The notes: a model not told the origin generated them from the letters alone. A stretch of 64,000 nt of DNA from Sphaerochaetaceae bacterium (GCA_963663665.2 CAXXKP010000006.1:294978-358977), one strand, 5' to 3'; numbered from the stretch's first letter, positions 19,587 to 29,909 are shown. Made by a program: numbers and translations.

Positions 19587-20135
19587 ATGAGAATGTTTGT
19601 GAGTATAAAAATAAGTGAAAATATCCTTCCGTATATACAAAGGATTCAAGAAGAATTACTTCAATATGCTTTCAAAGGAAAGAAAACTCCTTTAGAGATG
19701 ATGCACCTCACTATTTCGTTCATGGAAAGGATGGATGAAAAAGAGTACAATCTCTTTAGAGATTTACTACATTCAATGATATTTCCTTCACTTAGCCTAG
19801 AATTTATAGGAATTGGATCTTTTCGTTCCATCCATGGTAATTTGTATTATATCAAAGTAAAGGAAAGTGAAGAACTTGACTATATCAATGATAAAGTTAA
19901 AGAAGCCCTTACATCACTCGGCATTCATTTTGACAAGAAACAAGGATTATACCATATAACTATCTTAAGAAATGTAATTCTGAAAAACAAATATGAACTC
20001 ATAACATCCCCCTTACCTCCTAACGTAGAAGTTATATCGATCTCATTAATAGAGTCTCATCTAACTCAAAAAGGGGCAATTCATATAGAAAGAGATAGGT
20101 TCCCCCTCCTTGGCAAAACATCAACTCTCATATAG
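19587..20135 (+). CDS. 2H-phosphoesterase, RNA 2',3'-cyclic phosphodiesterase (LigT/ThpR-like)
   Basis: Two H-x-T-x motifs (MHLTISF, YHITILR) at the expected spacing. 182 aa. Confidence 0.7.
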   Translation: MRMFVSIKISENILPYIQRIQEELLQYAFKGKKTPLEMMHLTISFMERMDEKEYNLFRDLLHSMIFPSLSLEFIGIGSFRSIHGNLYYIKVKESEELDYINDKVKEALTSLGIHFDKKQGLYHITILRNVILKNKYELITSPLPPNVEVISISLIESHLTQKGAIHIERDRFPLLGKTSTLI

Positions 20136-20156
20136 TGTGTTGTCACGGGGAATTAG

Positions 20157-21026
20157 ATGAAAGAAGAAAAAAAGATTTATCTCAAAGGATTAACAATCGC
20201 AATTATCGGAGTTATCGTTCTAAGTTTTGATGCATTGCTTATTAGATTATCTGGAACGAGTGGACCTGTAGCAGTATTCTATAGAGCATTTTTCACCTTT
20301 ATTTCAATTTCTACAATCTTTTTGATAAAAAATAAAAATAAATCACTTGTAATCCTATCTACTGGGGGTACCCCTATGATTATCAGTGGTATGATGTGGG
20401 GAATAAGTGGCGCAGGTTTTACACTAGGAGTTCAATATGCAGGTGCTGCAAACACGTTAGTCCTCGTAACCCTAGCACCATTATTTGCGGCTGCCTTCAG
20501 TGCTATTTTTTATAAGGCTAAACCGTCATTAATAACTCTGTTTGCAGCTCTTGTTGCAGTATTTGGTATTTGGTATATGTATCGGGACGGATTTGGAGAG
20601 ATGGATACTAGAGGGCTTTTATATGCATTACTCACTCCTCTATTCCTTGGATCAAATCTTTCGTTTATGCGACAACACAAAAAGATGTCTCGCATGGCGT
20701 TGGTCATTATTGGAGGAATTATAGGCTCTATTATTGCACTAATTCTATCTAAAGGAGATATCTATATAGCGAAAGAATCAATCATTCCATTAGCGATATT
20801 GGGTCTGTTTGTTATCCCTTTTGCTCAAACAATGATTTCAACTGGGACTAGATATATTAGTGCACCAGATGCAGCTCTTGTGAATTCGAGTGAAACAGTT
20901 ATAGGTATTTTTTATGTCTGGCTTTTCTTACGAGAAGTGCCGAATAGAGATTTTATTATCGGAGCTTCATTGGTCATAATTGCTATTACGTTTAACAGTG
21001 TATATCAATCTAGAAAGAATAGGTGA
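20157..21026 (+). CDS. EamA/DMT-family transporter
   Basis: 10-TM hydrophobic profile, 289 aa. Confidence 0.8.
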   Translation: MKEEKKIYLKGLTIAIIGVIVLSFDALLIRLSGTSGPVAVFYRAFFTFISISTIFLIKNKNKSLVILSTGGTPMIISGMMWGISGAGFTLGVQYAGAANTLVLVTLAPLFAAAFSAIFYKAKPSLITLFAALVAVFGIWYMYRDGFGEMDTRGLLYALLTPLFLGSNLSFMRQHKKMSRMALVIIGGIIGSIIALILSKGDIYIAKESIIPLAILGLFVIPFAQTMISTGTRYISAPDAALVNSSETVIGIFYVWLFLREVPNRDFIIGASLVIIAITFNSVYQSRKNR

Positions 21027-21031
21027 ACATT

Positions 21032-21601
21032 CTATCCATAAGGGTGGAATATAAGTGTAGCTTCTAGAAACCTTTTTAATTCCCTTCTTCTTTTTAGTGG
21101 GTCTAATGTTTGAAAGGCGATAATGTGAAAAGCTTCCCACATGAACACCCATCCTCCAATAAGAATACCTTCTCTCACTATTCGATATGCAAAAACAGAA
21201 TTAGAAGGACTTGAACTAAAGTAATACATCGCAATGATAAACACAGCAATGAGGGCGACTAATATTGCAAATCTAATTTTCCGACCTATTTCTCTGTTAA
21301 CATATTGAAGGAGCGCTAAGTAATAATTATGGTAACTATTAATAATCATACTCTCTTTTTGAGGATCTTCTTCTCGATGTTTAATTGCAAAAACTATCTC
21401 AATCTTCTTATTAAGAGGGATCTCATTTGAGCATACATCTAGAAACTGAGCGAGATCAGGATGAAGATCCCGTCGTTTATAGGTAGAATTATCCCACTCA
21501 TGAAAGTAATCAAGATATCTCTCTAATGCTACATCAATGATAACTTTTCCATTTGCTTCATTTATTCGATATACTTGTTGATAATACTTACTACGTTTCA
21601 T
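21032..21601 (-). CDS. hypothetical protein, soluble N-domain plus two C-terminal TM helices
   Basis: ATG 21601 (the track start is TTG 21604), SD GAGGA. No family recognised. Confidence 0.5.
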   Translation of the reverse strand: MKRSKYYQQVYRINEANGKVIIDVALERYLDYFHEWDNSTYKRRDLHPDLAQFLDVCSNEIPLNKKIEIVFAIKHREEDPQKESMIINSYHNYYLALLQYVNREIGRKIRFAILVALIAVFIIAMYYFSSSPSNSVFAYRIVREGILIGGWVFMWEAFHIIAFQTLDPLKRRRELKRFLEATLIFHPYG

Positions 21602-21654
21602 CAAATCCTCATCTCGATTATTCTAATACATAATCTACTGATACGTATACAATC

Positions 21655-22434
21655 CTACTCAATCCATTCTCGATAAAGTTCTTTTTGTTTATCTTGCAAG
21701 AATCTGAAATGATCTCTTTCTTTCACCACCTCAGATACGTCGATATCGAAAAGAAAAAGATTTTCAGCAATTTCTTTTCTTTCGACCTCTCTTCCATCTG
21801 GTGCAAATACAACAGCATCTCCTCCAAATAATACATTATCATTATCATAACCATTTCGATTCAGGCCTACCATGAAAAGTTGATTCTCAATAGCACGGGC
21901 TTTAAGAAGCGTAATAAAGTGAGACGTTCTACTCTTAGGCCATGAGGCAATGTTAAAAATAATTTCCGAAAAATCCGCAAGATAGCGAAAAAGTTCACCA
22001 AACCTCAAGTCATAACAAATAGTAAGCCCTATAGTTGTTTCTAAAAGAGGGCAAAAAAATGGTGTATTACCTTGCGTAATATACGTATTCTCATTAGCAA
22101 ATGTAAATAAATGAATCTTATCATAGGTACATAATTCAATACCGTTATCGTCAAGAAGAGTAGCGCTATTATAATGTAGAGAATTTACTGTTTTTACCCA
22201 TCCAAAGATAATATGGATGCTGTGTTTCTTAGAGATCTCAGAGAAAAAGAGAAGAGCATTTGTTTCTTCTACCTTCTCAATGCTCTCTTTCCCATAGCCT
22301 GTAAGGCACATCTCAGGAAAGACAACAAGTGAAGATCCATACTTCTTACTTTCGATGACAGCCTCAGTAATAAGTTTCTTATTTTTTTCTACATCCTGCC
22401 ATTCAATAGAGAGAGAACATAATGTAATTCTCAT
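21655..22434 (-). CDS. carbon-nitrogen hydrolase (nitrilase superfamily)
   Basis: FPEM..TGY and ICYDLRF motifs (Glu and Cys of the E-K-C triad recognisable). ATG 22434 with SD GGAGAT. Confidence 0.8.
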   Translation of the reverse strand: MRITLCSLSIEWQDVEKNKKLITEAVIESKKYGSSLVVFPEMCLTGYGKESIEKVEETNALLFFSEISKKHSIHIIFGWVKTVNSLHYNSATLLDDNGIELCTYDKIHLFTFANENTYITQGNTPFFCPLLETTIGLTICYDLRFGELFRYLADFSEIIFNIASWPKSRTSHFITLLKARAIENQLFMVGLNRNGYDNDNVLFGGDAVVFAPDGREVERKEIAENLFLFDIDVSEVVKERDHFRFLQDKQKELYREWIE

Positions 22435-22550
22435 ATAATTTATCTCCAAAATGAATTATATCATCAATTAGTGATGCTTGGTACTCATGAAAATCACCAA
22501 TGAACACAAAAAAAAGAGATTCCGAGGTAATGAATTGTGTAATTGTTAGC

Positions 22551-22578
22551 AAAAAAGGGCACCTTTATAGATGCCCTT
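22551..22578 (-). terminator. rho-independent terminator of tkt
   Basis: Minus strand: AAGGGCATCT-ATAA-AGGTGCCCTT followed by TTTT. Confidence 0.65.
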
Positions 22579-22600
22579 CCTTGTAATGCAAAAAACCTTA

Positions 22601-24595
22601 CTATAACAATGAAGAGGCTGCTTTATAAACGGCATCACTTGTTATTCCAAAAAGATTATACAGTTCATGAGCAGGTGCTGACTCTCCAAAACTGTTCATA
22701 CCAATGATTTTCCCGTCAAGGCCAACATATTTATTCCAATAATCAACATGGGCTGCTTCTACTGCAACTCTCTTTCTCACTGAAGATGGGAGTACGCTCT
22801 CTTTATACGAAGAAGATTGTCTTTCAAATACTTCAGGAGAAGGTAGAGAGACAACTCGAACCTGAACCCCTTCATCACTAAGCTTCTTTGCTGCACTTAA
22901 GGCTAGAGAGACTTCACTTCCTGTACCGATAAGGATTACTTCAGGGGTTCCTTTGCTATCTAATAAGACATAGCCACCTTTTTCAATATTTTTAACCTGT
23001 TCTTCAGTTCGATCCTGAGGATCAAGATTCTGCCTGCTCAACAATAGTGCGGTTGGACCAGTAGTGTGTTTTACTGCTTCTTTCCAAGCTACTGCAGTTT
23101 CTACTGCATCACATGGCCTCCAAGATGTCATGTTTGGAGTAATTCTCAACATCGTAATCTGCTCAACTGGTTGGTGCGTTGGACCATCTTCACCAAGACC
23201 TATCGAGTCGTGGGTGAAAACATAAACGACCTGTAAACCCATGAGAGACGCCATGCGAATTGCATTCTTCGCATATTCCATAAAAATAAGGAAGGTTCCG
23301 CCGTATGGAAGGAATCCCCCATGGAGAGCTAATCCGTTCATGATTGCAGACATACCGAATTCTCTTACTCCATAGTGAAGGTAGTTTCCGCTGAAGTCCT
23401 TTGATGTAATTGATTTTGAAGATTTAGTAAAAGTGAGATTAGATGGTGCAAGATCAGCAGATCCACCAACAAATTCACTTACCATAGGAGTTAAAGCATC
23501 GAGTACCATTTGAGAAGCTTTTCTAGAAGCGACTTTCACCCCTTCTTTTTGCCATGAAGCAATAAATGCATCCATTTGAGCTTCCCATCCTGGTTTTCTC
23601 TCCCCACTCAATCTTCTCTTTAATTCTTTGGCTTCTTCGGGAAATTCTTTTTCATAGGAAGCAAACTGTACATTCCAATCCTCTTCAATTTTCTTCCCTT
23701 TTTCTTTGCAATCCCATTGTGCATAAATCTCTTGTGGAACAAAGAATGGTTCATCGTACTTCCATCCCAAAGCCTCACGAGTCAAGGCGACTTCCTTCTC
23801 TCCTAAAGGTGCTCCATGGCACTCTTCTTTTCCAGCCTTGTTAGGAGAACCAAACCCGATTGTTGTCTTACAACATATAAGAGTTGGTTTATCACTAATA
23901 AGTTTTGCTTCATGAATTGCTTTTTCAATAGAGGCGCTATCATGGCCATCAACATCTCTAATTACATGCCAATTATAGGCTTCGAAACGGGATGGAGTGT
24001 CATCGGTGAACCATCCCTTTACATCCCCATCTATACTAATTCCATTATCATCATAGATAGCAATAAGTTTCCCTAGACCCCAAGTTCCCGCAAGAGAAGC
24101 CACTTCATGACTAATACCTTCCATCATACATCCATCACCTAAGAAGGTGTATGTATGATGATCGATAATAGCATGCCCAGGCTTATTGAATTGACTAGAG
24201 AGCATTTTTTCAGCAAGAGCCATACCGACAGCATTAGCAAGACCTTGACCTAGTGGACCTGTAGTTGTCTCAACACCTACTGTGACACCATATTCTGGAT
24301 GTCCTGCTGTTTTTGAATGCAATTGTCGAAATTTCTTTAACTCCTCAAGTGGTAAATCATACCCTGTAAGGTGGAGCAATGAATATAGCAACATTGAACC
24401 ATGTCCATTTGAGAGAACAAAGCGGTCTCTATTCACCCAAGAAGGATTTGAAGGGTTATGCTTCATTTCTCTTCTAAATACAACCTCTGCGATATCAGCC
24501 ATTCCCATTGGAGCCCCTGGATGTCCACTTGCAGCTTTTTGAACTGCATCCATACTTAGTATTCTCACGGCATTTGCTAAATCTCTGTTATTCAT
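22601..24595 (-). CDS. tkt: transketolase
   Basis: 664 aa. [26 protein letters not shown] motifs. Confidence 0.95.
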   Translation of the reverse strand: MNNRDLANAVRILSMDAVQKAASGHPGAPMGMADIAEVVFRREMKHNPSNPSWVNRDRFVLSNGHGSMLLYSLLHLTGYDLPLEELKKFRQLHSKTAGHPEYGVTVGVETTTGPLGQGLANAVGMALAEKMLSSQFNKPGHAIIDHHTYTFLGDGCMMEGISHEVASLAGTWGLGKLIAIYDDNGISIDGDVKGWFTDDTPSRFEAYNWHVIRDVDGHDSASIEKAIHEAKLISDKPTLICCKTTIGFGSPNKAGKEECHGAPLGEKEVALTREALGWKYDEPFFVPQEIYAQWDCKEKGKKIEEDWNVQFASYEKEFPEEAKELKRRLSGERKPGWEAQMDAFIASWQKEGVKVASRKASQMVLDALTPMVSEFVGGSADLAPSNLTFTKSSKSITSKDFSGNYLHYGVREFGMSAIMNGLALHGGFLPYGGTFLIFMEYAKNAIRMASLMGLQVVYVFTHDSIGLGEDGPTHQPVEQITMLRITPNMTSWRPCDAVETAVAWKEAVKHTTGPTALLLSRQNLDPQDRTEEQVKNIEKGGYVLLDSKGTPEVILIGTGSEVSLALSAAKKLSDEGVQVRVVSLPSPEVFERQSSSYKESVLPSSVRKRVAVEAAHVDYWNKYVGLDGKIIGMNSFGESAPAHELYNLFGITSDAVYKAASSLL

Positions 24596-24705
24596 TTCAC
24601 TCTCCTATATATATTCAAGTATTATAAAAATATTCAAACAAAAACAGTCTAGTATGAAGAAGATTAAAGGTCAACAAACAGGGCTCAATTTTACTAATAC
24701 TGTGA

Positions 24706-25446
24706 TTATAGGGAATCAATGAGAGTTTGAAGTTTTCCTTTATATAGTGAAAATTCAACTCCATTACTCGTTGCAAAGTCTTTGATAATGGTATTCTTTC
24801 CACCAATGGGAACTCCAAGAACTCTTTCTATTTCTGATTGAGGAACACCCCAACTAATTACATCATTAAATGTAGTGTTTCCTTTCACAACCATATCTTG
24901 AGTCGTAGTCTCTTCTACTACGTCAGTAGTCGTATTAATCATCACATTAATTCCAGATGGATTAAAACTTCGTTCACTCAAAGTTGCATATTGCTCATCA
25001 GATATCTTCTCAAGTGTGTAAAGTAGATTTACTGCGGTTAATGGAAGAATGGTATCTTCCTCTGCAACATAAGGAATCTCAAGGTACAAAGATACAAAGT
25101 ATCTAATACTATCGGTTCCAATATCACCTTCAACTAATCCTAAGTCTTGATAGACCTCTTCTATATCTTTAGCTTTATACTCTACTGCCTTCATGACAGA
25201 TGTATCAAGAAGGAAGGCTGAGGCGATTGTCTCTGATGGTACTCCATAGTAAGTTTCGATATCTAATAAGGAATAGGATCCTTTAATATCTGCAGGATTG
25301 GAGGTACCAACAAATTCACCAGTGGTTATTTTTGTTGGTACTTTCTTTCCTTCCGTAATCCAGAGTCCAGAAACTATAAGGATCAACACTCCCCCAAGAA
25401 GTACAACAATTATTAATAATGCTACGATTTTTGAGTTGATTTTCAT
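24706..25446 (-). CDS. membrane-anchored protein of unknown function with an internal repeat
   Basis: N-terminal TM helix. Repeated motif IKGSYSLLDIETYYGVPSETI / VKGNTTFNDVISWGVPQSEI. ATGA overlap with the upstream 4Fe-4S gene. Confidence 0.6.
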   Translation of the reverse strand: MKINSKIVALLIIVVLLGGVLILIVSGLWITEGKKVPTKITTGEFVGTSNPADIKGSYSLLDIETYYGVPSETIASAFLLDTSVMKAVEYKAKDIEEVYQDLGLVEGDIGTDSIRYFVSLYLEIPYVAEEDTILPLTAVNLLYTLEKISDEQYATLSERSFNPSGINVMINTTTDVVEETTTQDMVVKGNTTFNDVISWGVPQSEIERVLGVPIGGKNTIIKDFATSNGVEFSLYKGKLQTLIDSL

Positions 25447-26282
25447 TTCTTTTCCCCTTGTGGTATAGTAGTGTTAAGTTCTACTGTTGAACCAACAGGA
25501 CATGCTACTTCACTTGTACACTCTAAACATGAAATACATTGGTGGTCTCTAATAATCTTCTTGTTTGAGACCTCTATATTCATTGGACAGGCTTTATCAC
25601 ACTTAGAACAACTGATACACGTACTCTCATTTCGACGAATACTAAATATTCTAAATAAGTTTGTAAGACCAAGTAATGCACCATATGGGCAAGCATACTT
25701 ACAAAATGGTCTCTCAATGAAAAGCGAAGAAATCATAACAACCGCTAATGCAATGAATGCACCTATAGCTACTTCTCCTGTCCAGAAATTAAATAAGGCA
25801 TAATAGGGGTCATATGAAGCGAAAACAAGTTTTGTACTTATTGCTGTGACTACCACAACCCAAATTAGTACTCCATAACGAAGATATCTTAGTATCGAGT
25901 CGAGTCGTTTTGGAATCATTCGATTATAACGTTTCTTAAAGATTTTTCTTCCAATTTTTGCCATCCATTCTTGAAAAGTACCAAAAGGGCATACCCAACT
26001 ACAAAATATTGGCCCAGCTACTATCGCAGTAACTAACACTAATAACATGAGATAGAATGATGATTCATGAATTTTCTGTGTGAAAGTTCCAGCAGTTAGA
26101 TATTGGTAGATTGAAACCACTCCACCAAATGGACAAATAGCATGAAGTGATGCCCCCTGGAGAAGAGGTATGGTGATTCCCGTCTCTTCTAAGGAATGTC
26201 CTATAACAACAATAAGCACGATGATAAAAAAAACTATTTGTACAATACTTCGAATTGTATGTGCACTTGAACGTTTTTTCAT
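25443..26282 (-). CDS. NapH/MauN-like polytopic 4Fe-4S binding membrane protein
   Basis: CPFGG, CSWVCPFG and CKYACPYG membrane-proximal Cys motifs plus two ferredoxin motifs (CISCSKCDKACP, CISCLECT..ACP). Confidence 0.8.
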   Translation of the reverse strand: MKKRSSAHTIRSIVQIVFFIIVLIVVIGHSLEETGITIPLLQGASLHAICPFGGVVSIYQYLTAGTFTQKIHESSFYLMLLVLVTAIVAGPIFCSWVCPFGTFQEWMAKIGRKIFKKRYNRMIPKRLDSILRYLRYGVLIWVVVVTAISTKLVFASYDPYYALFNFWTGEVAIGAFIALAVVMISSLFIERPFCKYACPYGALLGLTNLFRIFSIRRNESTCISCSKCDKACPMNIEVSNKKIIRDHQCISCLECTSEVACPVGSTVELNTTIPQGEKK

Positions 26283-26432
26283 GAGTCCCTCCCTTTACCT
26301 TTTTTTATTAAAGTAATTGTAACAGATAAAAGTAAATTTTGAATAAAGAAACAATGAAGAAATGATAGAAATACTGAAAAAAGTACGCTCAATGGCAAAA
26401 TATACGTAACCTACTTTCTGGGAATATTGCCA

Positions 26433-26462
26433 TAAAAAAAAGAGATGAATTCAATCATCTCT
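26433..26462 (-). terminator. strong rho-independent terminator
   Basis: Minus strand: AGAGATGA-TTGAAT-TCATCTCT followed by T8. Confidence 0.7.
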
Positions 26463-26502
26463 CCTTTTGTATATAATATCATTCTATCGAATGATTGTGT
26501 TC

Positions 26503-26652
26503 TTAGTTGATTACTTTATCAGCAAATTTAGCATGTAAGATAAGGATTGCTGCGATAATAGGGAGTGTTGAAATAGAATAATTGCCTATCTTGAATGAGT
26601 AGAACCTTATATGAAGTAGTAAATTATGGCTTAATGTTAATATTTTTTTCAT
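26503..26652 (-). CDS. candidate small ORF (49 aa), hydrophobic C-terminal half
   Basis: Own translation: MKKILTLSHNLLLHIRFYSFKIGNYSISTLPIIAAILILHAKFADKVIN. SD GAGGGA about 9 nt upstream. Followed by hairpin 26478-26495 and the terminator at 26433-26462. Below the ORF-track size cutoff. Confidence 0.3.
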   Translation of the reverse strand: MKKILTLSHNLLLHIRFYSFKIGNYSISTLPIIAAILILHAKFADKVIN

Positions 26653-26768
26653 CTTGTATTTCCCTCTGTTTCTATCATTTAAACCACTATTTAGGAAAAA
26701 TGTTACAAGATATTTTTATTATTTTTCAAATCAACCGAGAAAGCTTCTCGGTTAATATGGAAAAGATT

Positions 26769-27941
26769 TTATGTATTAAGAAGTGTAATCACCTTTATAT
26801 ACATTCTAGGGATATGGAAAGGTCCTTTAAACATATTGCCTTTTAGAGGAGTGCTTAAAGAATTATCTTTATGGAAGTAACCAAACCATTCATGGTGAAC
26901 AGGATCTACAAAATATTTTTGGGTATATTCATGAACCATGAGAAAATTCTTTTTATATTTATCCTCTTGAGTAAGATTAAATGCTAGGAGATTTGCTATC
27001 ACAGCTTCATTCTGCGGCCACCAGAATTTCATGTCGTGCCAATATTCAGAGGAACTTTTGCCTAAAATATCTAAGAAATAGGTTATTCCTCCAAATTCAG
27101 AATCCCAACCTTTTTCAAACATCCAATTGAGCATTTTCAATCCAAGCCTTTTATAATATTCTATTCCCCTATTACGATACTCTTCTAATATAAACCAAGC
27201 ACCTTCAATAGCATGTCCTGGATTCAGTGTTCGCCCTTCAATATGATCAAGATAAAGTTCATTGTTCATAGTGCACTGTTCAACAACAGCTTCAAATTCA
27301 TCCCGTACAAAACTATCATCTATTTGTTTGATAAAAGAATCAATCATTTTGTTGAGGTATGGTGTTTGTTCAGGGATTGCCTTCCTGAGTTCTTGCGCTG
27401 TATTTATAAGAATCATTGGAACGCCAAACCCTTTTGTCGGTCTATTATTATTATCTACTTTGGAGATCAGCAATCCTGGAGTATCAAGGATTTCAATTAT
27501 GTACTTAAATAATGAAAATGCTTTTTCAGCATATTCCTTACTCCCTATCGCTCTCGAATATGCACTATACCCAATGACAGCGAAAGTTTCGCTAAAAATA
27601 TACCTTTCCCTTTTTACAATTTTTTTTCCTTCCTTGCTTACTCTAAAGTACATTCTCATATCCGAAGGATCAAAACAATGACTATCTAAAAATTGGACTA
27701 TATTCGTTGCTGCCTCTAGGTATTCCTTTCTTTGTGCTACTTCTAAGTAAGATGTTGAGAAAGTCCAAAGAGCTCTTCCTTGAAACCAGACAGATTTATC
27801 CGAATCAAGAAGAGCTCCGTCCCGGTCGATTGCTGTATAAATTCCACCATAAACTGAGTCTAGTCCATGGTTAATCCAAAAGGGAAGAATCGAATTAGTA
27901 AGTTGGTCTTTATATAGCGTATATATTGCAGAAAAATCCAC
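26769..27941 (-). CDS. N-acylglucosamine 2-epimerase (AGE) family protein
   Basis: 390 aa. LPFW..HG.D..YGG, W.QGR.LW and GHAIE..WF patterns of the AGE/renin-binding-protein family. Confidence 0.85.
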   Translation of the reverse strand: MDFSAIYTLYKDQLTNSILPFWINHGLDSVYGGIYTAIDRDGALLDSDKSVWFQGRALWTFSTSYLEVAQRKEYLEAATNIVQFLDSHCFDPSDMRMYFRVSKEGKKIVKRERYIFSETFAVIGYSAYSRAIGSKEYAEKAFSLFKYIIEILDTPGLLISKVDNNNRPTKGFGVPMILINTAQELRKAIPEQTPYLNKMIDSFIKQIDDSFVRDEFEAVVEQCTMNNELYLDHIEGRTLNPGHAIEGAWFILEEYRNRGIEYYKRLGLKMLNWMFEKGWDSEFGGITYFLDILGKSSSEYWHDMKFWWPQNEAVIANLLAFNLTQEDKYKKNFLMVHEYTQKYFVDPVHHEWFGYFHKDNSLSTPLKGNMFKGPFHIPRMYIKVITLLNT

Positions 27942-27942
27942 T

Positions 27943-28875
27943 TTATGCTCCTAACATCGATAGGACTTTTGAGTTTATTGGTCCTACTTCCTTATTAATC
28001 CGATTGAGAGTGGCCATAACAACTTTCTCTTCTTCGTCTCGTAAACGTGTAAATGGAGCTCTTACCTCGCCAGCGTGAACTCCAGTAAGGTTCAATGTTC
28101 GTTTTATTGTAGAAAGAAATCCATTGTCTAAAACATACATGATGATCTCATTAGCTTGCATTTGATATTTCCGTGCATCAAGAAGACGATCTTCCTTAAC
28201 TGCAGTGTAGATGTCTTTAAAAAGCTCTGGCAATAGATTGTAAAAGGAACCAATGATTCCATCAGAGCCACTCATAAGCCCGCTCAAAGCCATTTCATCA
28301 ACACCAGAATAAACCATAAAATCATTTCCAATCTCATTTTTTATCCGAGTAATTTCATGATGAGTAGACGCAGTATATTTGATTCCTTTTACGTTTTCTA
28401 TTTCTGCTAAACGTTTAATCAGAGGATATCCCATAGTTCCAGCAAGAGGGATATTATACACAATCATGGGAATGTCTACAGCCTTACATATATCATTATA
28501 ATAAGAGAAAATCTCATTCTCGTTGAATCTCCAATAAAATGGAGGTACTGCAGAAATTGCATCCACACCACATTTTTCAGCATGTTTTGCTAAATCAATC
28601 GATGTTTTTGTCCCTATTGCACCTATGTGAGCAATCACTGGTTTTCTCTTATTTACCTGATCACAAACTACCTCAGTTACACTTTTTCTCTCCGTAGAAT
28701 CCATCAAAAAAGTTTCGCCAGTACTTCCTGTGATATATAAACCATCGCTGCCCTGATTAAGAAGAAAGTCAACTACTTCGCGTTGCCCATTTTCGTCAAA
28801 ATTCCCTTGTATATCGAAACTCGTGACCATGGCAGGAAGCATACCTTTGATGGTTCGAATCTTAAATGTACTCAT
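27943..28875 (-). CDS. nanA: N-acetylneuraminate lyase-like (DapA/NanA family) aldolase
   Basis: Collinear with E. coli NanA by eye: GLYITGSTGE, AHIG, DAISAVPPFYW.F, IVYNIP, GIKYT (Schiff-base Lys region), GSFYN. Confidence 0.75.
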   Translation of the reverse strand: MSTFKIRTIKGMLPAMVTSFDIQGNFDENGQREVVDFLLNQGSDGLYITGSTGETFLMDSTERKSVTEVVCDQVNKRKPVIAHIGAIGTKTSIDLAKHAEKCGVDAISAVPPFYWRFNENEIFSYYNDICKAVDIPMIVYNIPLAGTMGYPLIKRLAEIENVKGIKYTASTHHEITRIKNEIGNDFMVYSGVDEMALSGLMSGSDGIIGSFYNLLPELFKDIYTAVKEDRLLDARKYQMQANEIIMYVLDNGFLSTIKRTLNLTGVHAGEVRAPFTRLRDEEEKVVMATLNRINKEVGPINSKVLSMLGA

Positions 28876-28892
28876 AATTATACTCCTTGTGC

Positions 28893-29909
28893 TTATCTAG
28901 CACTTTCTCTATCATCCATGAGGTGACATGCAACTAGGTGCTCTTTCCCCTCTATGGTGTATACTTTTAACTGTGGAATTGCGTCACAACATTTATCCAT
29001 CTTGTATTTACATCGAGGATGAAATGGACATCCACTCGGTGGATTGATTGGATTTGGAACATCCCCTTCTAATACAATTCTCTTCTTCACATAATCAAGG
29101 TCTGCAACAGGAATTGATGATAACAATGCTTTGGTATATGGATGGCATGTATGAGTATAGAGCTGATCAGCATCACTGAGTTCTACAATATGTCCAAGAT
29201 ACATTACCGCGATTCTGTCTGCTATATATTCAACTACACTCAAATCATGAGTAATAAAAATATATGTAAGATTTCTTTTATGCTTAATTTCCATCAATAA
29301 GTTAAGGACTTGTGCTCTTATTGAGACATCAAGTGCACTCACAGCTTCATCACAAACGATGAGTTCTGGATCTACACTCAACGCTCTAGCAATTCCAATT
29401 CTTTGTCTTTGACCACCACTGAACTCATTAGGGTAACGATTCATATACTCCTTTCGCATATTCACTGATTCAAGTAAATCCGCAACAATCTTTTTCCGAT
29501 CTTTTGAATCCTTAACACCAAACTTTTTAAGAGGATCGCTTAATGATCCATAGATAGTGAATGAGGGATTTAGAGAAGAATAAGGATCTTGGAAGACAAT
29601 CTGCATCTTTTTCCTTGCGTTCATCATCTCCTTATCTTTCAATGTAATGAGATCTTTTAATTCTCCATCAAAATTATACTCAATTTTTCCATTTGTGGCC
29701 TTTACTAATTGTAATATTGTCTTACCCAATGTGGTTTTTCCACAGCCAGACTCCCCAACTAACCCTAAAGTTTCACCTTTATAGATTATTAGATCAACAC
29801 CATCAACAGCTTTTACCTGCCCGACGGTTTTCTTAAATACGCCTTTCTTTACTGGGAAATAAGTCTTCACATCGTTAAGGGACAAGAGGATTTCTCTATT
29901 TTCTATCAT
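28893..29909 (-). CDS. Opp/Dpp-type ABC ATP-binding protein (OppF-like)
   Basis: Walker A GESGCGKT, signature FSGGQRQR, C-terminal Cys-rich oligopeptide_C tail. Confidence 0.9.
   Translation of the reverse strand: MIENREILLSLNDVKTYFPVKKGVFKKTVGQVKAVDGVDLIIYKGETLGLVGESGCGKTTLGKTILQLVKATNGKIEYNFDGELKDLITLKDKEMMNARKKMQIVFQDPYSSLNPSFTIYGSLSDPLKKFGVKDSKDRKKIVADLLESVNMRKEYMNRYPNEFSGGQRQRIGIARALSVDPELIVCDEAVSALDVSIRAQVLNLLMEIKHKRNLTYIFITHDLSVVEYIADRIAVMYLGHIVELSDADQLYTHTCHPYTKALLSSIPVADLDYVKKRIVLEGDVPNPINPPSGCPFHPRCKYKMDKCCDAIPQLKVYTIEGKEHLVACHLMDDRESAR

Noticed and set aside
26283-26768. Possible riboswitch or known cis-regulatory RNA in the long gap.
   Set aside because: I could not recognise any conserved riboswitch core (TPP, FMN, SAM, glmS, c-di-GMP, T-box) by eye. 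Only generic hairpins are present. The gap is kept as a finding, but without a named RNA class.
26595-26846. 83-aa plus-strand ORF in the long intergenic region, overlapping the 3' end of the AGE gene.
   Set aside because: It has no SD, overlaps a supported gene and runs against the local transcription direction and terminator orientation. The minus-strand 49-codon ORF is the better candidate.
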